DNA of 64,000 bases, from the NCBI GenBank assembly GCA_036376135.1, contig DASVAW010000092.1, positions 17,669 to 81,668 of the forward strand, read 5' to 3'. Shown in pieces: positions 10,898 to 19,735 of this stretch (position 1 is its first letter; each line of letters begins with the position of its first letter). The notes below the pieces were generated by a model. It did not search any database and was not told the origin of the DNA. It saw only the letters and a program-made list of their open reading frames with translations. Source of the DNA: Candidatus Polarisedimenticolaceae bacterium. Lineage in GTDB: Bacteria > Acidobacteriota > Polarisedimenticolia > Polarisedimenticolales > DASRJG01. A program made the position numbers and the translations under genes.

Positions 10898-12256
10898 TCA
10901 GAGGCTCTTCCGGATGTCGAAGAAGATCACGAGCGCGAAGAAGGCGAGAAGGAAGACGAAGCCCGCCTGCATCACCCGTTCCTTGACCTTCATGGAGAGG
11001 TCGCGACGGATCAGCCCTTCGACGGTGAGGATCAGGATGTGGCCGCCGTCGAGGACGGGGATCGGCATCAGGTTGATGATTCCGAGGTTGAGGCTGAGCA
11101 GCGTCATGAACCCCAGGAACGCCTCGGCGTCCCGCAGCGCCATCTTCGAGAAGGACGCGATCTCGATCGGCCCCGAGAACATCCGCATGGCGTTGACGTC
11201 GCGCTTGGCGAACAGGCGCTCGCCCCAGCTCGCCAGCGCGCGGAAGAGCCCTCGCGCCAGCTCGAGGTTGTGGTCGACGGAGGCGCGGAAGGCTCCCGCC
11301 ACCGAGACCGGACGGCGCACGATCGACCCGTCGACGAAGGTGACGCCGATCTTCCCCTTGCCGTCCGTGTCCTGCGGGACCACGGGCATGTCCCGCTCGA
11401 TCCCGTCCCGGCGGATCTTGAGCACGACCTCGCGCCCCGCGCTCGCCTCCAGCCGCGCCCGCACCTGGAGGTCGGTCAGCTGGTCGCTCCCGTCCAGGGC
11501 CAGGATCTCGTCGCCCGTGCGCAGCCCCGCCTTCTCCGCGGGCGCCCCGGACTGGACGAAACCGATCTTCGGCGGGCCCGGGGTCTGAAGGCGCAGCTCC
11601 CAACCGGGCGAACCGAGGTGGAACCGCTCGTCCTGCCCCGTGTTCATCGAGATCGTCAGGCGTTCGCCGTCGCGCTCGACGACGACCTCCTTGACGGTGC
11701 CGGGGGAGAGGTCGATCTCCTCGCCCAGGGCTCGCGGCTGGCGCGCGTCTCGCCCCTGAACGCTCACGATGCGGTCGCCGACCCGAACGCCCGCGGCCTG
11801 CGCGGTCGAGCCGGCGGCGAGCTGGGCCACGACCGGGTACGCCTCGGGCTGCACGGGTTCCGGTTTCCCGTACACCTTGAACATCAGCGCCGCGGCGAGT
11901 ACCGCGAAGGCGATGTTGAAGGCCGCCCCGGCGACGAACACGAGGAAGCGCTGCCAGCGCGCGCGGGTCAGGAACTCGTCGGGGCCGCCGGTGCGGTTCT
12001 CGTCGGCCTCGTCGCCGGCCAGGCGCACGTAGCCGCCGAGCGGCACCGCGGAGACCCGGTAGTCGGTCCCCCCGCGGATCACGCCGAAAAGCCGCGGTCC
12101 GAACCCGATCGAGAAGACGGGCACCCCGATCTTCAGCGCCTTGGCCACGATGAAGTGGCCGAACTCGTGCACGGTCACGAGCGGGGCGAGCACGATCACG
12201 AACGCCGCCGCCGCCATCAGGAAGTCGATCACCGCTTCACTCCAGAAGAAAGCCAT
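10898..12256 (-). CDS. rseP: RIP metalloprotease RseP (site-2 protease) with PDZ domains
   Basis: HEFGHF zinc motif, PDZ segments (AAGVRVGDRIVSV, KAGLRTGDEILAL) and NLMPIPVLDGGH. Start is uncertain: ATG 12256 overlaps dxr by 28 nt, and ATG 12217 is an alternative. Confidence 0.9.
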   Translation of the reverse strand: MAFFWSEAVIDFLMAAAAFVIVLAPLVTVHEFGHFIVAKALKIGVPVFSIGFGPRLFGVIRGGTDYRVSAVPLGGYVRLAGDEADENRTGGPDEFLTRARWQRFLVFVAGAAFNIAFAVLAAALMFKVYGKPEPVQPEAYPVVAQLAAGSTAQAAGVRVGDRIVSVQGRDARQPRALGEEIDLSPGTVKEVVVERDGERLTISMNTGQDERFHLGSPGWELRLQTPGPPKIGFVQSGAPAEKAGLRTGDEILALDGSDQLTDLQVRARLEASAGREVVLKIRRDGIERDMPVVPQDTDGKGKIGVTFVDGSIVRRPVSVAGAFRASVDHNLELARGLFRALASWGERLFAKRDVNAMRMFSGPIEIASFSKMALRDAEAFLGFMTLLSLNLGIINLMPIPVLDGGHILILTVEGLIRRDLSMKVKERVMQAGFVFLLAFFALVIFFDIRKSL

Positions 12257-13389
12257 GCGGAAGCCGTCGCACGCGCGCGCCGGTCGGCCTCGAGCACGTC
12301 TCCAAGGGTAGCCGCCGGGTCGTCGCCGTGCCGCTCGAGGGCCGCGCGGACCACCCGGGGGATGTCCGAGAATCCCGCTCGGAGGGAAAGGAACGCCTCG
12401 ACCGCGACCTCGTTGGCCGCATTGAGCACGGCCGGGGCCGCCCCGCCCCGTTCCAGCGCCTCGCGGGCGAGCGCAAGGCACGGGAACTTCGCGAGGTCGG
12501 GGGCCCGGAACTCGAGCGGTCCGGCCGCGATCGGGTCGAACGGCGGAAGCGCGGAGGGCCACCGCTCCGGCCAGCTCATCGCGTACTGGATCGGGTGGCG
12601 CATGTCGGTCATTCCGAGCTGCGCCTTGAACGACCCGTCGGCGAACTCGACCATCGAATGGACGACGCTTTTCGGATGGATCACGACCGCGATGCGCTCG
12701 GAGGGGACGCCGAACAGCCAGCGCGCCTCGATGATCTCGAGCCCCTTGTTCATGAGGGTGGCGGAGTCGATCGTGATCTTCGGGCCCATGACCCACGTCG
12801 GATGCCGGAGCGCCTCCTCCGGGGTGATCGACGCCATCGTCGACGCCTCGCGGTCGCGGAACGGTCCTCCGGAGGCGGTCAGCCACAGCCGACGCACCTC
12901 GGAAGCCGATTCTCCCTTCAGGCACTGGTGCAGCGCGTTGTGCTCGCTGTCCACCGGAAGGACGAGCGCCCCGGACTCGGCGGCGCGCGCGGTGACGAAC
13001 GCGCCGCCGGCGACGAGCGCCTCCTTGTTGGCGAGCGCGACGTCGATCCCCGCGTCGACCGCCGCCCAGGTCGGCTCGAGGCCCGCGGCTCCGACGAGCC
13101 CGTTCACGACGAGGTCGGCGGTGGAGGAACGGGAGACCGCGAGCACGGCGTCCCGCCCGGCCTCGACGCGGCACACCCCGGCCAGCCGCCGCGCCGCGTC
13201 GGGGGCGAACGACGGATCGGCGACGACCGCGACGTCGGGGCGGAAGCGTCTCGCCTGCTCCTCGAGCCGGTCCACGTTGCGGGAGGCGACGAGCGCCTCC
13301 ACGCGGAAACGGGCCGGATGGGCCGCGACCACGTCGAGCGTCGAGACGCCGATCGACCCGGTGGAGCCGAGCAGGACCACCGACTTCAA
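12229..13389 (-). CDS. dxr: 1-deoxy-D-xylulose 5-phosphate reductoisomerase
   Basis: 386 aa from TTG at 13389, (M)KSVVLLGSTGSIGVSTLDV..., with GAGGGA Shine-Dalgarno. The TTG overlaps the cdsA stop (TTGA). The 973-aa track ORF is an artefactual extension. Confidence 0.92.
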   Translation of the reverse strand: MKSVVLLGSTGSIGVSTLDVVAAHPARFRVEALVASRNVDRLEEQARRFRPDVAVVADPSFAPDAARRLAGVCRVEAGRDAVLAVSRSSTADLVVNGLVGAAGLEPTWAAVDAGIDVALANKEALVAGGAFVTARAAESGALVLPVDSEHNALHQCLKGESASEVRRLWLTASGGPFRDREASTMASITPEEALRHPTWVMGPKITIDSATLMNKGLEIIEARWLFGVPSERIAVVIHPKSVVHSMVEFADGSFKAQLGMTDMRHPIQYAMSWPERWPSALPPFDPIAAGPLEFRAPDLAKFPCLALAREALERGGAAPAVLNAANEVAVEAFLSLRAGFSDIPRVVRAALERHGDDPAATLGDVLEADRRARATASAWLSSGVKR

Positions 13390-14198
13390 AGTCGTCCCTC
13401 GAGGAAGATCCGCCAGTACCCGTACAGCGCGGGCCCCGCGAACAGCAGGGAGTCGATCCGGTCGAACAGGCCGCCGTGCCCGGGGAGCAGGGACGACGCG
13501 TCCTTCACGCCGCTCGCCCGCTTGAGCATGCTCTCCGCGAGGTCGCCGAGCACTCCGACGACGCACAGGATCACGGCGAGCGCCACCGCGTGCACGATCG
13601 TCAGTCGCTGGAAGAACCAGGTGTGCGCGAGGGCGGCGGCGACGAGGCTGCCGAAAAGCGCCCCCGCGGCCCCCTCCCAGGTCTTCTTCGGGGAGATCGA
13701 CGGGGCCATCCGGTGCTTTCCGAAGGCCCGCCCGGTGTAGTAGGCGGCGGTGTCGCCGAGCATCACGCACAGCAGGAGAAGCAGCACGAGGTCGGGGCCC
13801 ATCTCGCGGTCGATGAGGCGGAGGGCCGCGAGGAATCCCATCGGGAAGGCGATCAGGACGATCGGGAGGATCGTCGCGAGGGCGGCATCGAGCATCGCTT
13901 GCGGTTCGGGCCGGATCGCCATCGCGGCGACGAACGTCGCCGCCACCGCGAGCCCGAGCGCGGTCGCCGGCTCGAGCTCGGTCGCCGGCCCCGCGAACGA
14001 GGCCGCGACGGCCGCTCCGAGCGCGAGCCCGAGCCCCCGCAGCGGCCTCATCCCCCGCGCCTCCAGCATGGCGTACGCCTCGCGGGAGGCGAGGACCACG
14101 CACGCCACGATCGCCGCCGCGAAGGCGAGGTCGGGCCCCCGCTTGGTGAGCCACCACGCGAGCGGAGCGAGGACCGCGGCGGTGAGGAGGCGCTGCAT
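13386..14198 (-). CDS. cdsA: Phosphatidate cytidylyltransferase
   Basis: 270 aa, multi-pass, ..SPKKTWEGAAGALFGS...SMLKRASGVKDASSLLPGHGGLFDRIDS signature. Confidence 0.92.
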   Translation of the reverse strand: MQRLLTAAVLAPLAWWLTKRGPDLAFAAAIVACVVLASREAYAMLEARGMRPLRGLGLALGAAVAASFAGPATELEPATALGLAVAATFVAAMAIRPEPQAMLDAALATILPIVLIAFPMGFLAALRLIDREMGPDLVLLLLLCVMLGDTAAYYTGRAFGKHRMAPSISPKKTWEGAAGALFGSLVAAALAHTWFFQRLTIVHAVALAVILCVVGVLGDLAESMLKRASGVKDASSLLPGHGGLFDRIDSLLFAGPALYGYWRIFLEGRL

Positions 14199-14996
14199 TC
14201 AGCGGCGCGCGAGCGCGGGGGAGGGCTGCCCCGTCGCCGGGTCGACCCCGCCGAACCGTCGCTCGCGCCGCTGGTAGTCCTCGAGGGCCTCGAACAGATG
14301 GCGGCGCCGGAAGTCGGGCCAGAGGACGGGAGTGACCCACAACTCGGCGTAGGCGATCTGCCAGAGCAGGAAGTTCGACACGCGCATCTCGCCGCTGGTG
14401 CGGATCAGCAGATCGGGGTCCGGGAGGTCCGCGGTGTAGAGGCGCCGCGCGAGGGCCGCCTCGTCGATCGAGGCCTCGGGGACCCCGTCGCGCACGAGCG
14501 CGCGCACCGCGTCGACGATCTCGCTGCGCCCTCCGTACGAGAGGGCGATGTTGAAGACGAGGCCGGTGTTCGCTCCGGTGGAGGCGATCGTCTCGCGCAG
14601 GTCGGCCTGGACCGACGGAGCGAGCTCGTGCATCCGGCCGAGGACGCGGAACCGGACGTTGTTCGTCAGGAGCGTCCGGAGCTCCCGCTTCGTGTACTCG
14701 CGGAGGAGCTCCATGAGGAACTCGACCTCCGCGCGGGGCCGCTTCCAGTTCTCCTGCGAGAAGGCGTAGAGGGTGAGGACCTCGAGTCCCAGGCGGGCCG
14801 ACGTCTCGACGGTGTCCCGGACCGCCTCGATCCCGGCCCGATGCCCCGCCACGCGCGGCAGGTGCCGCCGCCTGGCCCATCGGCCGTTTCCGTCCATGAT
14901 GATCGCGACGTGCCGCGGCAGGCGCGCCGGGTCGAGGCGGCGCAGCAGGCCGTCCTCGACGCTCTCGGGCTCGGCCAGGCCGGACCAGTCCGCCAT
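14199..14996 (-). CDS. uppS: Isoprenyl transferase (undecaprenyl-diphosphate synthase)
   Basis: HVAIIMDGNGRWA...TLYAFSQENWKRP...IRTSGEMRVSNFLLWQIAYAE. ATG at 14996 chosen; the track ORF extends to 15044. Confidence 0.93.
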   Translation of the reverse strand: MADWSGLAEPESVEDGLLRRLDPARLPRHVAIIMDGNGRWARRRHLPRVAGHRAGIEAVRDTVETSARLGLEVLTLYAFSQENWKRPRAEVEFLMELLREYTKRELRTLLTNNVRFRVLGRMHELAPSVQADLRETIASTGANTGLVFNIALSYGGRSEIVDAVRALVRDGVPEASIDEAALARRLYTADLPDPDLLIRTSGEMRVSNFLLWQIAYAELWVTPVLWPDFRRRHLFEALEDYQRRERRFGGVDPATGQPSPALARR

Positions 14997-15053
14997 TCGG
15001 GTCCCAATCCCCCTTTGCGACCGCGGAAGTGTAATGCCCCGCACGGGCCGCGT

Positions 15054-16055
15054 TCAACTGCGGCGGTCGCCGTACCCCCCGGGTCGCGCGAGATGCCAGT
15101 CCCACGCCGTCCGGACGATCGATTCGAGGGAGGCGAACCGCGGCTCCCATCCCAGCCGGCGCCTGGCCTTCTCGGACGACGCGACGAGGATCGCGGGATC
15201 GCCGGCCCGGCGGGGCGCCCGCTCCACCGGCGGACGTCGCCCGGAGATGCGGGCCACGGTGTCGACGACCTCACGCACCGAGAACCCCTCGCCGTTCCCG
15301 AGGTTGAACGCCTCCGCTTCGACCGCGCCCCGCTCGAGCGCGTCGAGGGCCCGGACGTGTGCTTCGGCGAGGTCGACCACGTGCACGTAGTCGCGGACGC
15401 AGGTTCCGTCGCTCGTCGGGTAATCCTCCCCGAAGATCGGAACCGTCGGCCCGCCCTGGAGCGTCGCTCCGATCAGGCGTGGGATCAGGTGGGTCTCCGG
15501 GTCGTGGTCCTCCCCGATCTCCCCCGAGGGGTGCGCCCCCGCGGCGTTGAAGTACCGCAGGGCCACGTACTTGAGCCCGTAGGCCCGGTGGTACCAGCCC
15601 AGCGCCCGCTCGATGGCGAGTTTGGTCTCGCCGTACGGGTTCGTGGGGGCGCACGGGTGCTGCTCGACGATCGGCACCTCGACGGGATCGCCGTAGACCG
15701 CGGCCGTCGACGAGAAGACGATCCCCTCGACGTCGTGGCGGCGGGCCGCGTCGAGCAGGGTCAGGGTATTCACGAGATTGTTGGCGTAGTACTTCGCCGG
15801 GTCGGCGACCGACTCGCCGACGAGCGCCGACGCGGCGAGGTGGACGATCCAGCGCGCCCCGCCGCCGCCGAGCACCCCGGCCAGACGTGCGGCGTCGCCG
15901 AAGTTCCCCTCCACGAACGGAACCCCACCGACCGCCAACCGGTGCCCCATGCTCAGATCGTCGAGCGCGACGACCTCGCGTCCCGCCTCGACGAGCCGGC
16001 GCACCACGTGACTGCCGACGTAACCCGCCCCACCGACGACCAGCACATCCGACAT
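15054..16055 (-). CDS. galE: UDP-glucose 4-epimerase
   Basis: 333 aa, MSDVLVVGGAGYVGSH...SSTAAVYG...YGETKLAIE...RYFNAAGA. GGAGGAGG Shine-Dalgarno before the ATG at 16055. Confidence 0.9.
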   Translation of the reverse strand: MSDVLVVGGAGYVGSHVVRRLVEAGREVVALDDLSMGHRLAVGGVPFVEGNFGDAARLAGVLGGGGARWIVHLAASALVGESVADPAKYYANNLVNTLTLLDAARRHDVEGIVFSSTAAVYGDPVEVPIVEQHPCAPTNPYGETKLAIERALGWYHRAYGLKYVALRYFNAAGAHPSGEIGEDHDPETHLIPRLIGATLQGGPTVPIFGEDYPTSDGTCVRDYVHVVDLAEAHVRALDALERGAVEAEAFNLGNGEGFSVREVVDTVARISGRRPPVERAPRRAGDPAILVASSEKARRRLGWEPRFASLESIVRTAWDWHLARPGGYGDRRS

Positions 16056-16092
16056 GCAGCCTCCTCCGACGACCCATCGTATCCTGAACGGG

Positions 16093-16851
16093 ATGCTCGC
16101 CTCGATTCTCGCCGCCGCGTCCCTCGCCGCAACGCCGGCCTGGACGCCGGTCCAGCCGGGGGTGGAGTACGCGGTCCTCCCGCTCGAGACCGGCTCGCCC
16201 GAGGTCGTGCACGTGGTCCGCGTCGCGCCGGACCGCGCCCGCCTCGCCGCGCGCTTCGCCTCGGCCGGACCGAGCCGCGCCCGCACCGCAGCGGCCTGGT
16301 GCGACGAGGAGGGGCTCGCCGTCGCGATCAACCTCGGCATGTACCAGGAGGACCTGCGCTCCAACGTCGGCTACGCCCGCGCGGACGGCCACGTCAACCA
16401 CGGACGTTGGGTGTCGTCGTACAAGTCGGCGCTCGCCTTCGCGCCGAGGCGGAAGGGCCTTCCCCCCGCGGCGATCGTCGACCTGGACACCCCCGACGCG
16501 CGCCGCAACCTCGAGGACTACGACGCGGTCGTCCAGAACCTCCGGTTGCTCAAGTGGCCCGGCGTCAACGTCTGGGCTCAGGCACGCGAGCGTTGGGCCG
16601 AGGCGGCGATCGCCGGCGACCGCGAAGGGCGCATCCTCTTCCTGTTCGTGCCCACCGCGCACGCGATGCGCGACCTCAACGCGAAGCTCCTCGCCCTGCC
16701 GCTGGGCATCGTGCGCGCGATGCACGCGGAGGGCGGGAGCGAGGCGAGCCTGTCGATCCGGGCCCCAGGGTTGAAGGTCGACCTCTCGGGCTCGGGAGGC
16801 GGCTCGCAGTGGCCGATCCCCAACGTGCTCGGCGTTCTCAAGGCCCGGTAG
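16093..16851 (+). CDS. Phosphodiester glycosidase family protein (DUF2233/NAGPA-like), secreted
   Basis: Signal peptide MLASILAAASLAA from the ATG at 16093. Family assignment by overall resemblance only (..AINLGMYQED..MHAEGGSEASL..). An alternative ATG at 16054 overlaps the galE start. Confidence 0.55.
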   Translation: MLASILAAASLAATPAWTPVQPGVEYAVLPLETGSPEVVHVVRVAPDRARLAARFASAGPSRARTAAAWCDEEGLAVAINLGMYQEDLRSNVGYARADGHVNHGRWVSSYKSALAFAPRRKGLPPAAIVDLDTPDARRNLEDYDAVVQNLRLLKWPGVNVWAQARERWAEAAIAGDREGRILFLFVPTAHAMRDLNAKLLALPLGIVRAMHAEGGSEASLSIRAPGLKVDLSGSGGGSQWPIPNVLGVLKAR

Positions 16852-17593
16852 GGCCGTATTCCACCGACTCGAGGCACAACCCTCTCGCCGGAGCGGTGGG
16901 GCCGGCGCGCGCGCGGTCCCGCGACGCGAGGACCTCCGACACGAGGGCCGGCGACGCCGCGCCCCGCGCGATCTCGAGGATCGTCCCGACGAGGTTGCGG
17001 ACCATGTGCGTCAGGAACCCGTCGGCGCGGAAGACGAACGCCACGCACGCCGGCCCGACCTCCAGGCGCGCCTCGGACAGCGTGCGCACGCGATCCTCCA
17101 CCTCGCACGCCGCCGCGGTGAACCCGGTCCAGTCCCGGGTCCCCGGAAGACGCGCGAGCGCCTCGCGCGCGGCGTCCAGGTCCATCGCGTACGGGTGGTG
17201 CAGCGTGAAGCGGCCCGTGAACGGATCGCCCCACCTCGATCGATCGAGCGTGTAGCGATACGTCTTCGCCACGGCGGAGAGCCTGGCGTGGAACGTCTCG
17301 GGCACGGTCGCGACCGAGATCGGCCGCAGGTCGCCGGGAAGCAGCGCCGCGAGCCCCTTCGCAAGCACGGCGTCGTCGAGCCGCGCGCCGACGAGCGCGT
17401 CGGCGACCTGCCCGCGCGCGTGCACGCCGGCGTCGGTGCGCCCCGCCCCGCGTGTCCTCACGGCGGCCCCGCCGTGCAGGCGCGACAACGCCTCCTCGAG
17501 CGTCCCCTGGACGGTGCGCGCGGCGGGCTGGACCTGCCAGCCCCGGTAGTCGGTCCCGTCGTAGGCGAGGTCGATCCGGACGCGGCGGCTCAA
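16838..17593 (-). CDS. truA: tRNA pseudouridine(38-40) synthase
   Basis: 251 aa from TTG at 17593, (M)SRRVRIDLAYDGTDYRGWQVQ...GAGRTDAGVHARGQV. The TTG overlaps the ldcA stop (TTGA). Confidence 0.9.
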   Translation of the reverse strand: MSRRVRIDLAYDGTDYRGWQVQPAARTVQGTLEEALSRLHGGAAVRTRGAGRTDAGVHARGQVADALVGARLDDAVLAKGLAALLPGDLRPISVATVPETFHARLSAVAKTYRYTLDRSRWGDPFTGRFTLHHPYAMDLDAAREALARLPGTRDWTGFTAAACEVEDRVRTLSEARLEVGPACVAFVFRADGFLTHMVRNLVGTILEIARGAASPALVSEVLASRDRARAGPTAPARGLCLESVEYGPTGP

Positions 17594-18536
17594 CGCGAAG
17601 GCTCGAAACGCACCGACCGGCGCTTCGTGTCGATCGCGACGCGCCCTCCCATCGGAAGGGTCCATTTGCCGCGGCGGTGGCCGCTGGGGACCCCCGCCAC
17701 GACCGGGACGCGAAGCCGCGAGAGGCGCTCGCCGAGCACCGATTCGACCGGCACGTCCGGCGGATACGCCCGCCGCGCCGGCGGGGCGTCGAAGTGCCCG
17801 AGCAACACCCCCGCCACCCGTTCGAGGACCCCGGCGTGCGCGAGGTGGGTCAGCAGCCGGTCGACCCGATAGGCCTCCTCGCCGATCTCCTCGAGGAAGA
17901 GCACGGCGCCCTCGAAGCGCGGCGCATCGCGCGTCCCGAGGAGGTGGGCGAGCACGGTCAGGTTCCCCCCGACCAGCGGGCCGGACGCGTTTCCCTCGAC
18001 GAGCACCTGCGACCGCGAGGGGCGCCACGTCTGGTCCCGACCGGCGAGCGCGGCCCGCAGGGACGGCTCGTGCCACGCGCCGTCGGTCGCGAGGTCCGCC
18101 ACCGTCGGGCCGTGCAGGCAACGCGCCCCGGCGCGGCGCGACGCCGCGGCGAAGAAGGCGGTCAGGTCGCTGAATCCCACGAAGACCTTCGGATGCCGCG
18201 CGAGCGATCGCCAGTCGATGGCCCCGAGGATCCGGGCGGTCCCGTAACCGCCGCGCGCGAACCAGACCCCCGCGAGGTCGGCATCGCGCAGGGCCGCGTT
18301 GAGGTCGGCGACGCGGTCGCCGTCGGAGCCGGCGAGGTAACCCTGGACGTCGCGGGCGTGCGGCGCCGGGACGGGAACGAACCCCATCCGTCGCAGACGG
18401 ACCAACCCGGCGTCGAGAAGGTCGGGAAGCACCCCGAAGCCGGTGGCGACGACCGCGATCCGGTCGCCGCGCCGAAGCAGGGCAGAAGGTCCGCCACCCG
18501 CCGTCCCGGCCACGCGGGACGGACGGGCGCGGTGGC

Positions 18537-18552
<16 letters not shown>
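17590..18552 (-). CDS. LD-carboxypeptidase (peptidase S66)
   Basis: ..GDRIAVVATG..GYLAGSDGDRVADLNAAL..FARGGYG..FVGFSDLT..; the Ser/His/Glu layout fits S66. The ATG at 18552 overlaps the 3' end of rnpB; GTG at 18513 is an alternative start. Confidence 0.8.
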
Positions 18553-18939
<387 letters not shown>

Positions 18940-18947
18940 ACGCGTCT

Positions 18948-18953
18948 AGTATA
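18948..18953 (-). promoter_or_regulatory. Putative -10 element (TATACT) for rnpB
   Basis: CGTATACT lies 9 nt upstream of the inferred rnpB 5' end. It is an AT island in GC-rich DNA. The complementary strand reads TAGTAT 6 nt before the GTG at 18959. Confidence 0.45.
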
Positions 18954-18958
18954 CGACC

Positions 18959-19735
18959 GTGATCTCCCGCGGACATCCGCTCGTGAAACGACTCCGCGCC
19001 CTCCGGGACGATTCCGCCCGCCGCATCGAGGAAGGGGTCTTCGTGGCCGAGGGGATCCACCTCGCCGGGGAGGCGCTCCGGTCGGGCGCGTCGATCGAGA
19101 CCGCCCTCGTCGCCCCGGGCCTCCGGGACGACCGGCTCCGCTCCGCGCTCGTCCGTCGCGCCGAGCGGTACGAAGAGGCGCCGGACGACCTGCTCGGCGC
19201 CCTCCAGGACGCCCGCGCGGCCCAACCGGTCCTCCTGATCGTCCGCCGGGAGGCGATCGCCCCTCGCGACGGGGTCCCGCTCGTGGTGGTCGCCGTCGGA
19301 ATCCAGGATCCGGGCAACCTCGGCACCCTGTTCCGCTCCGCCGATGCGGCCGGGGCGACCGAGCTCGTCGCCTGCGGCGGCGCCGACCCGTATCATCCGC
19401 GCGCGGTGCGCGCGACGATGGGCGCGATCTTCCGGCTCCCGTGCTCCCGCGCCCCGTTCGACAGGACGGCCGCCGCGCTCGGCTCCCGCGGGGTGCCGCT
19501 CGTCGGCGCGGAGGCCGCCGGAGAGGTCGACTACTGGGCGTTCGACTGGACGCCGCCGGTGGCGATCGTGCTCGGCGGCGAAGGGTCGGGTCTGGCCCCG
19601 ATCCCGCGCGACGCCCTGACGTCCACCGTGCGCATCCCGATGCGCGAGGGGATCGAAAGCCTCTCGGTCGCAGCGGCGGGGGCCGTGCTCCTGTTCGAGG
19701 CGGCGCGGGTGCGCCGGCTCACGACCGGCGGATGA
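18959..19735 (+). CDS. TrmH/SpoU-family RNA 2'-O-methyltransferase (RlmB-like)
   Basis: 258 aa, ..VVAVGIQDPGNLGTLFRSADAAGA...AIVLGGEGSGL...VRIPMREGIESLSVAAAGAVLLFE. GTG start. Confidence 0.85.
   Translation: MISRGHPLVKRLRALRDDSARRIEEGVFVAEGIHLAGEALRSGASIETALVAPGLRDDRLRSALVRRAERYEEAPDDLLGALQDARAAQPVLLIVRREAIAPRDGVPLVVVAVGIQDPGNLGTLFRSADAAGATELVACGGADPYHPRAVRATMGAIFRLPCSRAPFDRTAAALGSRGVPLVGAEAAGEVDYWAFDWTPPVAIVLGGEGSGLAPIPRDALTSTVRIPMREGIESLSVAAAGAVLLFEAARVRRLTTGG

Noticed and set aside
10499-13525. 1008-aa plus-strand ORF over xdhC, rseP and dxr, plus the similar long ORFs 431..3241, 4133..5983, 8953..10986, 17452..20016, 19531..22218, 44349..46676 and 56304..59612
   Set aside because: All overlap strongly supported genes in another frame or strand and translate to low-complexity Arg/Pro/Gly/Ala sequence. 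This is expected when stop codons are rare at this GC content.
13476-17255. 1259-aa ORF on the plus strand spanning cdsA, uppS, galE and the glycosidase gene
   Set aside because: It is out of frame or antisense to four well-supported genes, the composition is Arg/Glu/Pro-biased, and no domain motifs are visible.
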